Shown in pieces: positions 52,908 to 64,000 of a stretch of DNA of 64,000 nucleotides (positions are counted from its first letter, which is position 1; each line of letters begins with the position of its first letter). The DNA lies in contig OX597835.1 in NCBI GenBank assembly GCA_951406725.2, positions 13,392,001 through 13,456,000 on the forward strand, in the 5' to 3' direction. A program made the position numbers and the translations under genes. The notes under the pieces were generated by a model. It ran no database searches. It saw nothing but the letters and a program-made list of their open reading frames with translations, and was not told the origin of the DNA. The stretch is from Octopus vulgaris. Taxonomy: Eukaryota.

Positions 52908-53647
52908 ATGTAACAAGATTGTACTTTTTAATCATTGGTAGAGTCTTACCAATAGGGCTTCCTCACAGTTTCTGTCCAATATATTTTTCTCACAAAGCTC
53001 AGGCTGACCATGGTAAAAGATATTGGGCCAAGGTGCCATCCTGTGGGATTGAACCAGCTGTTCTCATTGCTGCTATCAAGGCCACATATGACCCTTAAGC
53101 ATTCTTCTGGCAGCCCTTGACAGTCTTCTCTGTATAAATATAATAATTTTTTTTTTATTCAACTGATCTTTTAATTTTTTTTGGTGTGCCCCTCCCCTTA
53201 AAAAAAAAATTCAGGTTTTGGATCTGACCCAGATATTAAAATGGGTTCAGAACAACTGACATAGATATAGCAAAGCAAATTTTTTTTAGCTTTTAGTGAT
53301 ATAAAAATAAATATTCATTCAAAGAGATAGGGAGATAAATTGAAGTAGAGGAAGATAGATGCGCAGACAAATGCTTCAGCAGACACACAGACAGATAAGA
53401 TAAATTGATCTGTGTGTGTGTGTGTGTAATCCTTTAGATGTAAACTTGACTTATTTTTGAATGTCAGAGGCCCTAATAGCAGCAAATAGTGAAATGTGCC
53501 TGAGATAAATGATAAGTGACATTGAACATGGATAGGGAAGGGCAACGGGCCCAGTTTCGCAAAGGTGAAACACTCTCTCAATGATAACCCATGATCGTGC
53601 TCTCTCCTACAAATCTCACTTAGGCCTTTACCATTTGATATTCAGAT

Positions 53648-53903
53648 ACGCCGCCTTGGCTGGCTTCCGTGCCGGTGGCACGTTAAAAGCTCCAACCGAT
53701 CATGGCCGATGCCGGACCCCCCTGGCACCTGTGCAGGTGGCACGTAAAAAGCGCCCACTACACTCGCGGAGTGGTTGGCGTTAGGAAGGGCATTCAGCTG
53801 TAGAAACTCTGCCAGATCAGACTGGAGCCTGGTGCAGCCCCTGGCTTCCCAGACCCCGGTCGAACCGTCCAACCCGTGCTAGCGCGGAAAACGGACATTA
53901 AAC

Positions 53904-53932
<29 letters not shown>
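53648..53932 (+). mobile_element. Family D element
   Basis: Monomers, body and (GAT)n tail. Confidence 0.85.
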
Positions 53933-53934
<2 letters not shown>

Positions 53935-54444
53935 ACTCCGTATTCACATTGTTTTGAATAGCCCCAGCATGGCCACAGTCTAATCTCTGAAATGAGTAAA
54001 AGATAAAAGATGAATGCTGTATGGAATGAACCACACTTAAATAACTGGATCGTGTTTTCATTTGATCGGCCCTTTTGTTAAAATTTACATGTGTGGAGCC
54101 AGTTGAAGGGTCAACCAAACGAGCTCTGTGAATAAAACCGAATTGGGACAGATCAATGTAGCCTCTGATATGCAAAGAGATGAATGTCATGGCTGGAGGG
54201 CTTTCATTGTAGGTCTGTCCACTTGCAGCTAAAGCGTGGTGACACATGAAAGAACTCTTTCCGCACCACGAGGAATCATCCACTTCAGTGGCCCTCAAGC
54301 ATTCCTCTCAGGTTTGTAAACCCCACGTGTTTAATCGTATTTACCTCCTCACGTCCATGCAAAAATAAGTGCTCAACAATCACTACGTGTCAAAACACAG
54401 ATCACTGCTACAATACTTTCAGCATTTGTCCTTATTTACCTCCG

Positions 54445-54855
54445 TCTTTTATCATTTACCTGTTTTGGTCAGTAGACTGTGGCCATGCTGGGGCACTGCC
54501 TTGAAGTGTTTTAGTCGAACAAATCGACCCCAGTCCTGATACTGATTCTATCAGCCTGATACTGATTCTATCATTCTCTTTCACTGAACTGCTAAGTTAT
54601 GGCGACATGAACACACCAACACTAATTGTTGGTTGGTGGTTGGGGATAAACACAGAGACAAACACACACAAACACACAAACACACACACATGCATGCATA
54701 TAATACTGGCTTCTTTCAGTTTCCATCTGCCAAATCCATCCACAATGCTTTGGTCAGACAGAAGCTTTAAGTGGAAGTCACTTGCCCAAGGTGCCATGCA
54801 GTAGCACTAAAACTGGAATGATGTGGTAGAGAAACAAACTTCTTACCACACAGAC
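54445..54855 (-). mobile_element. Diverged SINE family A
   Basis: Reverse-complement similarity to family A. Confidence 0.75.
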
Positions 54856-55040
54856 ATATAAACATATACATTAAACGTTACATTACTACAAAAGCCACCT
54901 TATTGACAATATGCTACATTTTAGATAGCATGTTAGCACCAACATGCATACATATATTGGTACTAGTATGTCCTTGTTCTGACTGTTATCTTTAAGGTAG
55001 CATGTTAGTACCAATAATCATACATATATATGTGTATATA

Positions 55041-55094
<54 letters not shown>

Positions 55095-55279
55095 TATATA
55101 TGTACATGCAGTTCTCATTAATATGGTGGGTTAGAGTGTTTCTACACCCAGACAGATGTCCTGAACAATAGAAAACCAGACACATTGTCATATATTTATA
55201 ATGTTACATTGACTAAAAAAAAAAAGAGCAAATCCAATTTTTTTCATTAGATAACATACACACGTGTGAGGACTTATAA

Positions 55280-55311
<32 letters not shown>

Positions 55312-55395
55312 CCTCCTCATCATCATTTGATGATATATATATATAAAGAAAGAAAGAAAGAAAGAAAGAGCATTATAAAGATACATGTATTTACA

Positions 55396-55450
<55 letters not shown>

Positions 55451-55674
55451 AAAGAAATATATATGTACATATATGTAAACATGCATATGTATAAGTATGT
55501 TTTTATTTATGTATGTATGTATGTTTTAGATATATGTGTTAATAAATTATAAATGCCGCCTGTCATTGAATTAGATATGTAAAGACAGGTGGAGAGGAAT
55601 GTCTGTCTTGGAGGTTGCCCTCAACCATAATAAAATTCTATAAATCTCTCTGCTTCACCATTTTTGCTTTATTG

Positions 55675-55706
<32 letters not shown>

Positions 55707-55851
55707 TCTCTCTCTCATACTTTCACTTTCCTTCTCTGTCTTTCTACCTATTTCCTTTCTCTTCATCTCATATCTCTGTCTATCCGGCTCATATTCTATC
55801 GCATACACATACATGAAATATACTTACAGACACACACACACACACACACAG

Positions 55852-55886
<35 letters not shown>

Positions 55887-55914
55887 CAGTGTAGTATAAC
55901 TCTTCCAGCTACTA

Positions 55915-56382
55915 ATGACCACAACTACCACCACCACACCACCACCACCACTACCATCATCATCATCACCACCACCACCATCACTACCACTACTATCACC
56001 ACCGCAACCCAAACACCACCACTGCCGTCACCACCACCACCACCCCCACAAACACCACCATCACTACCATCATCATCATCATCATCACCACCACCACCAC
56101 CACCACCACCACCACTGCTATCACTTCCTCCTCCACCACCACTATCTCCACCATCACTACCACTACCACCCAAACACCACCACTGCCGTCACCACCACCA
56201 CCACCACAAACACCACCATCACAACCATCATCATCATCATCATCACCACCACCATCACCACCACCACCACCACTGCTATCACTTCCTCCACCTCCACCAC
56301 TATCTCAACCATCACCTCCACTACTATCACCACTACCACCCAAACACCACCACTGCCGTCATCACCACCACCACCTCCACCA
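55915..56382. repeat. (ACC/ATC)n low-complexity tract with internal duplication
   Basis: cccaaacaccaccactgccgtca occurs three times. Confidence 0.9.
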
Positions 56383-56820
56383 TGCAGTTATCATTTCATC
56401 AGCTCCCCTATTTCCATAAATCTAAATGATGAAATAGTCCTGCAGGCACTTTTATTTCATTGACCTAGATATACTTGGAGCATCACCATGTCTTACCACA
56501 TGTTAATGATGCAATGAGGCAGGGCCTCTGTGTGGCTACTTGACCTGCTTGAAATAACAGCCAAATTTACTTTCTGTCTTTTTTGGCTTTTACAGAAGTC
56601 CTACACTGGACAACAGAGTCTTTGATTCTGCCCCCTCACTGCTTTAATAATAATAACAATCCTTTCTGTTGGAAGCTCAAGGCCTCAAGTTTGGGGGAAG
56701 GGATTAAGTAGATTACATCGACCCCAGTGCGTAACTAGTATTTGTTTAATCAGTTTTGAAAGGATTAAAGGCAAAGTCGACCTCAGCAGAATTTGAACTC
56801 AGAACATAGTGGCAGATGAT

Positions 56821-57180
56821 GCCAGCCTTCACGGCCGTTGCCAGCCTCGCCTGGCCCCTGTGCTGGTGGCACGTAAAAAGCACCATCCGCATCGTGGCCG
56901 TTTGCCAGCCTCGTCTGGCACCTGTGCCGGTGGCACGTAAAAAGCACCATCCGAATCATGGCCGTTTGCCAGCCTCGTCTGGCACCTGTGCCGGTGGCAC
57001 GTAAAAAGCACCCACTACACGCACGGAGTGGTTGGCGTTAGGAAGGGCATCCAGCCGTAGAAACATTGCCAGATCAGACTGGGCCTGGTGCAACCTTCTG
57101 GCTTCCCAGACCCCAGTCGAACCATCCAACTCATGCTAGCATGGAGAGCGGACGCTAAACGAAGATGATGATGATGATGA
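56821..57180 (+). mobile_element. Family D element inserted within a minus-strand family B SINE
   Basis: 64-bp monomers (ggcacg at 56868, 56932, 56996); family B pieces at 56660-56818 and 57181-57220. Confidence 0.85.
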
Positions 57181-57239
57181 TTTTGCCCAACCTGCTAACA
57201 ATACTGCGACCTCACTGCAATAATAACAATAATGATAAA

Positions 57240-57791
57240 AAATGCCCTGATGCAGTACCAGGCAGTGGCTCTCGTGGCTTCTGATCTTAACTGATTGGAA
57301 GTGTTATCATGTCCATTGTTTTGTCTTGGTATAAAAGATGGGCTACAGCAAATATTCTGCTCAATACCACAAATTTGCTTGTCAGTTGTTTGACCTTAAC
57401 CTGTTGAGCATGTCCCCTAGTGGTTGATCATATGTGCATCTCTGATCACGAGCAGAAGTAGTGGGGGAGCATCGTAGTCGTGTGTTGAAAGGAATTCTTA
57501 GAAGTTTGGATAATTCACCTTTGGGTGGTTTGTTCAACATCCTTAAACAAACCTTATTGAGGGACCTTTTGAGCGGCATGGGTTACTCGACCAGAAGAAA
57601 ATTCTAACTGGGCCCCACCTGCAAGATCATGAGCTGTTAATCTTGATATGAGATCACCATGTCGTGCACATATGGTTGTGATGCATGTGCCTGGTGTACC
57701 CTTATCAGGCGGGTAGTCATGATGGGTATACTGGGCTCCGTATATTTGTACCCTAGTGTCACTTTGATGGCATGCACTGTTCTCTCACTCA
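57240..57791 (+). mobile_element. Family C element, full length
   Basis: Same termini as 13712-14270; (AAT)n flanks. Confidence 0.85.
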
Positions 57792-57809
57792 GTAATAATA
57801 ACAATAATG

Positions 57810-57858
<49 letters not shown>

Positions 57859-58884
57859 TAATCCTTTCTACTCTTGCTACAAGGCCTGAAATTTTGGAAG
57901 GAAGCAAGGGTGGGGGTAGTCAATTACATCGACCACAGCACTTGACTTGTACTTTATTTTATTAACCCCTAATGGAAGAAAGGCAAAGTTGACCCAGGCA
58001 GGATTTGAACTCGGAACATAAAAAGCCTGAAGATACGCTGCCAAGCATTTTGTCCAATATGCTAACGACTCTGCTCGTTATCTAATAATTACAGCAACCT
58101 GCATCCTGGTTACAGTTTACTAAAATTGTGCCTCGGTGATTTGGGTTTAAACTAACACTGACAATTCTGATGCAAATTTCCTTCCATATTTTTTTTTTCC
58201 CCTTTCGTTTTATTCCATTTTAATATTTGCAAGTTGATAAAGCTGACACTGGAAGATCAAGTGAAGTGAGGGAGTTGGAGGGTAACTGAATTTCAATTAG
58301 AGGTTGGTTTCATGCTTTAGGGGATTTGTTTATTTATTTATTTATTAATTAATTTATTTATTTATTATTCAGTTCTGTTTTATATGATTGAATTTCAATT
58401 ACTATTAAACGGATTTTTAAATTTAATTCTCCTCACCTCTACCTAATAGAAATATCATAAACTTAAAAAAAAAAAAACATAAATAAACTAAAAAAAAAAA
58501 ACTGTAGGAATTCAGCAACAGAATATTACGACCAACCCTTGTGCTACCAACAACACCTTCATAATGCTTTCTATCCATAAACTTTGGTTGTTCCTCACCT
58601 TTCGCCAGGTGACCTAGTTGAAGAACAAGCCATGAACCAGCCTTTTAGCAAACAATAGAGTCCCTATGAAGGTGTTCAACTTGTTAGAAATAACAGCCAA
58701 ATTGTTTCCTAGGTGCAGGCATGGCTCTGCCGTTAAGATCTTTATTTCCTGACCACGTGGTTTCAGGGTCAGACCCACTGCTGGGTAAGTGTCTTCTACA
58801 TGGCCCTGAACCAACCAAAATCTTAGGACTGAATTTGGTAGATGGAAACTGTATGGAAGCCTGGCTAGGCTTTAAAAGGGCACA

Positions 58885-58916
58885 TTTAGATTTTTTATTA
58901 TTAATTTCAGGTAAGG
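58885..58916 (+). promoter_or_regulatory. Candidate recursive splice site (T-rich-CAG|GTAAGG)
   Basis: ttttttattattaatttcAG|GTAAGG; junction 58910|58911; lies between two family A halves. Confidence 0.35.
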
Positions 58917-59639
58917 TTGGCATGCCAATCTAATGCCCTCACTTGCAGTGGGAAGGTTGTCTCCCTCATAAGTACATAGAACATATACTTTTGTGGATAA
59001 AGTGTCTTTGACTCTTATTTCTAGCAATGCTGGTTCTTTCTGCACCCTTGCTCACTTATAGTGATGGTAAATTATTTCCTTTTTGGTTTTATATATGTAT
59101 GTATTTATGTGTTTTTGTCTCCCTCCCTTCCCTGCCATTGCTTGACAACCAACGCTGGTGTGTTTACGTGCCTGTAACTTAGCAGTTTGGCAAAAGAGAA
59201 TGATAGAATAACTTGCCAGATTTAAAAAAAAAAAAAAAAAAAGAAAGAAGCACCCGGGGTCAATTTCTTTGACTAAAATCCTCTAAGGTCATGCTCCAGC
59301 ATGGCCGCAGCCAACTGACCGAAACGAGTAAGAATAAAAGAATAAGATGGTTGTCAGTCTTGTTCAATTGACCACTTGTGTTCTGTGAGCCACACAACAT
59401 TCTTTCTCTTGTAGACCTGGTGTTGTATTCGTTGTAAGTAAATTTCATTTTACTTAAGGCACGGATTAAAACATTTTCAAAATCTTGTCGCAATTTTCCT
59501 AATAGTTCTTTTCTGTTTTCATTTTTCTGTTTTTTAACAGAAAAGTTTTTTTAAGTTTTCCACTGTAAATTGTTATTTTGGATGTTTAAATTTTAATCTT
59601 GAGACCTAATCTTTTACCTCGAGCAAACATATACATTTA

Positions 59640-59670
<31 letters not shown>

Positions 59671-59784
59671 AGTATGCAGCTGTCTACAATAAATAATTAC
59701 AATCTTCAATAATTTGCATCAAATATTTTTTTTTCATTTATAAAACAAGAAACATATACATTATATATATATAATGATCATACA

Positions 59785-59816
<32 letters not shown>

Positions 59817-60404
59817 TATATGCGTATATGTGTTTGTATTTATGTATGTGTGTATGCTATGTGCAACAGAAACAATATTAGTTTGAAGCAGTAATCTGTG
59901 TATTATACTTAAAATTACGCTTTCTATGATGTATTTGCTTTAAGTATGATATACAGATTGCTATACATACATATATACAAACATACATAGATACATACAT
60001 ATATATATGATGATGGGAAGATTATGCAGTCAAGAGCAAAGTAGAGGCTGATTGTGACTAGCAGTGTATAACAGCATCTGATGGTCTGGTCAGTATTGTG
60101 ATATATATGTGTATATATATGTGTATATATGTGTGTGTGTATACATAAAATGATGCAAAGACAAAATCACACTCACACAGTCTCTCCTTATCTCCCTCCT
60201 TTTCTCCCCTTCCTCCAACCTCTGTCTGTCTGTCTGTCTCTGTCTCTCTGTCTCTCTCTCTCTCTTCTATCAAGGAAGACAGGAACAGAAACGAAAACAA
60301 GACATTGTTTAAAATATATTTATCATAAATTCCAACAATAAATATGCAAAAAATAAACTTAAAACTACTCAGACACTCAACAAAAGAACATCTTATTAGC
60401 TATG

Positions 60405-60445
<41 letters not shown>

Positions 60446-60462
60446 TTCATTATCATGTTACT

Positions 60463-60500
<38 letters not shown>

Positions 60501-60740
60501 CATTTGTTAAGGCAGCAAGCTGGCAGAATCTTGAGCATGGTGGGCGAAATACTTAGCGGTATTTCGTCTGGTGTTACATTCTGAGTTCAAATTCCGCCAA
60601 GGTCAACTTTGCCTTTCATCCTTTCAGGGTTGATAAATTACGTACCAGTGATACGCTGGGGTCAATGTAATCGACTAGTCCCTTCCATTCAAATTTCAGA
60701 CCCTTTGCCTATAGTAGAAAGGATCATCATCATCATCATT

Positions 60741-60772
<32 letters not shown>

Positions 60773-60773
60773 T

Positions 60774-60808
<35 letters not shown>

Positions 60809-61042
60809 TATCATCATCATCATCATCATCAATATTAAGGCGGAGAGATGGCATAATCGTTAGCGTGCTGGACGAAATGCTTAGCAGTATTTCGCCCATT
60901 GCTACGTTCAAATTCCACCGAGGTTGACTTTGCCTTTCATCCTTTTGGGGTTGCTAAATTAAGTACCAGTTACACACTGGGTTCTATGTAATCAACTAAT
61001 CTCCTCCCCGCAAATTTCAGGCCTTGTGCCTATAGTAGAAAA

Positions 61043-61075
<33 letters not shown>

Positions 61076-61431
61076 CTTTTTTTTTTCTTCTTTCAAATTT
61101 GCTTCCATTTCTTGCCGAGTGTCTTCCCGACTCCTAGGGCAAAGAAACTCATAGCATACATTGGTAGGCCATTAAACCAAACTCAGTAGTTCGTTCATTT
61201 TTTTTTTTTTTTTAAGTTAAATTAAAATACATGAGCAGCAACAGTTCTCACATCGACAATGCTCTTCTCAATATGTGTGATGTACCAGTTAAGACAATCT
61301 TTTGCACTTCTTGCAGGGATGGTAAGCCAGGGATCATTCTCATATAATTTTCGGTTCCCTTCTTGATCATTCCTAGTGCTCCTACGATCACTGGTATTGT
61401 AACCGCCTTGAGATCACTGGTATTGTAACCG

Positions 61432-61432
<1 letters not shown>
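61076..61432 (-). mobile_element. R4/Dong-clade 3' fragment, second family
   Basis: 61412-61248 encodes LKAVTIPVIVGALGMIKKGTENYMRMIPGLPSLQEVQKIVLTGTSHILRRALSM*; not in the ORF track; (ATT)n flanks. Confidence 0.85.
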
Positions 61433-61467
<35 letters not shown>

Positions 61468-61468
<1 letters not shown>

Positions 61469-61756
61469 TGATGAAAACTTACAGCTTATTTTCCTGGGCA
61501 TGATGGAAAGTGTCAGCTGTCCACAGCCAGCAGACTAAGGTGACACTTGTTTTACTGCTCATGCTTCAAGAACCCTGCGAAGAATTCTTGCAGTTCCAAG
61601 CAATGCTTTGCTCTTTGTAGGTGTTCTACCTTTACACTTGCAACAATCTTTTCCAGCCATGTTGGTAGCTGAGTGCTGATACTTCCAAGTGCACCAATTA
61701 CCAATGGTATCGCATCTACCCTCCTCATTCACCACAACCATCATATTTCCTGCTTT
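61468..61756 (-). mobile_element. R4/Dong-clade 3' fragment, third family (decayed)
   Basis: VDAIPLVIGALGSISTQLPTWLEKI...HLQ, frameshift, ALLGTARILRRVLEA*; (ATT)n flanks. Confidence 0.8.
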
Positions 61757-62200
61757 ATTATTATTATTATTATACCACACCGGGCGAAATGCTTATCGGT
61801 ATTTTGCCCATTGCAACGCCCTAAGTTCAAATTCTGCCAGGGTCAACTTTGCCTTTCATCCTTTTGGCGGTCGATAAATTAAGTACCAGTTGTGTACTGG
61901 TGTCGATCTAATTGACTGGCTCCCTTTCCCCTAAAATTTCAGGCCTTGTGCCTAGAGTAGAAAGGATGATGATTATTATTTTTATCAAAGGCAGTGAGCT
62001 GGCAGAATTGTTAGCAAGCTGGATGAAATGCTGTGGCTACATCCTGAGTTCAAATCCTGATGAAGTCGGCTTTGCCTTTCATCCTTTCTGGGTCGATAAA
62101 AGTAGTACCAGTTAAACACTGGGGATTGGGGGGGGGGTCGATGTAATCAACTCATCCCCTCCCCACAAAAATTGCTCACCTTGAGGCAAAAAATTGAAAC

Positions 62201-62251
<51 letters not shown>

Positions 62252-62394
62252 CATTATCATCATTATTATTATTATTATTATTTGGTTATTATGTTATTAT
62301 TCGTATTAATTACTTCACAATTCTTCATATACTTCTATAATCTGGTTTAAATCATTTCTCTTCTTCTCCATCTCCACCCATCCCCTAGAATAAG

Positions 62395-62443
<49 letters not shown>

Positions 62444-62664
62444 GTTATTATTATTATTGCATCATCTTTGACTCCGTTCCCACAGATCCTGAAATGTCGA
62501 CTGCCGTCTTATCAACTCATACATTATACCACCAGACATTTTGCAAAATAAAAAAAAAGACAAAAAAAGAACAAAGAAAAAAAAAGACCCTTCCAAAAAA
62601 CACAACCAAAAACACAGTTTTGGTGTCGTTTTGTTGTGACATCAGTTCTGCTGCTCTTTCTCAA

Positions 62665-62784
62665 TTACTATCATTATTATTATCATTATTATTATTATTA
62701 TTGTCATTATTATCATTGTTATTATTATCATTATTATTATTATTATTGTTATTATTATTATTATTATTATCATCATTGTTATTA

Positions 62785-62824
<40 letters not shown>

Positions 62825-62941
62825 TATTACTGTTATTATTACTGTTATTATTATTATTATTATTATTATCATTATTATTATTACTATTATTATTATTATC
62901 ATTATTATTATTACTATTATTATTATTATTATTATTATTAC

Positions 62942-62983
<42 letters not shown>

Positions 62984-63061
62984 TATTACTGTTATTATTA
63001 CTGTTATTATTATTTTTATTATTATTATTATTATTATTACTATTATTACTGTTATTATTAC

Positions 63062-63100
<39 letters not shown>

Positions 63101-63118
63101 TATTATTATTATTATTAC

Positions 63119-63151
<33 letters not shown>

Positions 63152-63186
63152 CATATTATCATCATTATTATTATTACTATTATTAC

Positions 63187-63240
<54 letters not shown>

Positions 63241-63272
63241 TATTACTGTTATTACTGTTATTATTGTTATTA

Positions 63273-63309
<37 letters not shown>

Positions 63310-63315
63310 TATTAC

Positions 63316-63360
<45 letters not shown>

Positions 63361-63419
63361 TATTACTGTTATTATTATTATTATTATTGTTATTATTATT
63401 ATTACTATTATTATTATTA

Positions 63420-63469
<50 letters not shown>

Positions 63470-63490
63470 GTTATTATTATTATTATTATT
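62665..63490. repeat. Very long (ATT)n microsatellite (~825 bp)
   Basis: Direct reading; explains the poly-L/Y/I/N ORFs. Confidence 0.97.
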
Positions 63491-63699
63491 CTTGCATCTG
63501 TTGTTCACTGAAGAATGTTAGACAACCTTCCTAATTAGTTTGTGACTCGTTTTGCTGAAGCTCTGTTGTGTTGCATCGCAGCAGATGTTTTCTTTATTTT
63601 ATTTTATTGTATTGTATTGGTTTTTTTGGAGTTTTTTTTTCTTTTTTGCTTTTGTGTTGTGTGTGGCTTTGGAATGACTTAGAAAAAGGAAAGAGGATG

Positions 63700-63995
63700 G
63701 GCATCATCTTCATCTTTGTACGGTGGTGGCCATCACTATCATCGTCGTTGTCATCGCCAGCGACACCATCTCCACCGTCATCATCAACATCATCTCTATG
63801 ATCATCACCATTATCGTCGTGGCCATCGCCTTGATTGTAATCATCTTCATCATCATCATCATCATCATCACCACCACCTCGATCATCTTCATCATCACCA
63901 CTGCCATCATCATCGGCAACATCTTTATCATCATCATCACCAACATCATCATTGCTATTGCCTTGATTCTCATCATCTTCCTCTTCATCATCATC
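63700..63995. repeat. Degenerate (CAT)n tract
   Basis: Direct reading. Confidence 0.85.
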
Positions 63996-64000
63996 AGTGC

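Larger units (their letters stand above)
60508..62202 (+). mobile_element. Cluster of four family B SINEs in (ATT/ATC)n
   Basis: Copies near 60508, 60837, 61778 and 61988. Confidence 0.85.

Noticed and set aside
56835-57010. HDV-like ribozyme in family D monomers (gccag-cctcg-ctggc resembles P3/L3)
   Set aside because: I could not build P1, P1.1 and P2 consistently by eye.
59510-59570. Strong + strand acceptor at 59540 with a possible 24-nt microexon
   Set aside because: The donor (act|gtaaat) is weak and there is no independent support.

Overview
AT-rich, microsatellite-saturated animal DNA. The SINE families and repeat content point to an octopod cephalopod (Octopus-like); this is an inference from recognised repeats. 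I found no convincing host protein-coding exon, and almost all ORF-track entries are translated microsatellites or SINEs. The only credible protein traces are transposon remnants: three different R4/Dong-type endonuclease 3' fragments, each sitting in (TAA)n; a piggyBac C-terminus between TIRs and TTAA sites; and a decayed STPR-like Helitron N-terminus. The window is a mosaic of tRNA-derived SINEs (my labels: A = CORE-like, B = Meta/MESC-like), a ~560-bp (AAT)n-embedded element (C), a 5'-monomer/RTE-like element (D), Helitrons, MITEs, minisatellites and local tandem duplications. Most notable: (1) a tRNA-headed SINE whose tail carries a Penelope-type minimal hammerhead ribozyme, a second hammerhead element in (TA)n, and head-to-head inverted insertions; (2) three polypyrimidine-YAG|GT motifs on the + strand, 22-28 kb apart, suggesting recursive splicing of a giant intron; (3) a filled/empty site pair supporting (TAA)n targeting by Dong elements; (4) a SINE/tRNA-Trp chimera. 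Family names come from motif recognition, not database searches, and degenerate repeat boundaries are approximate.
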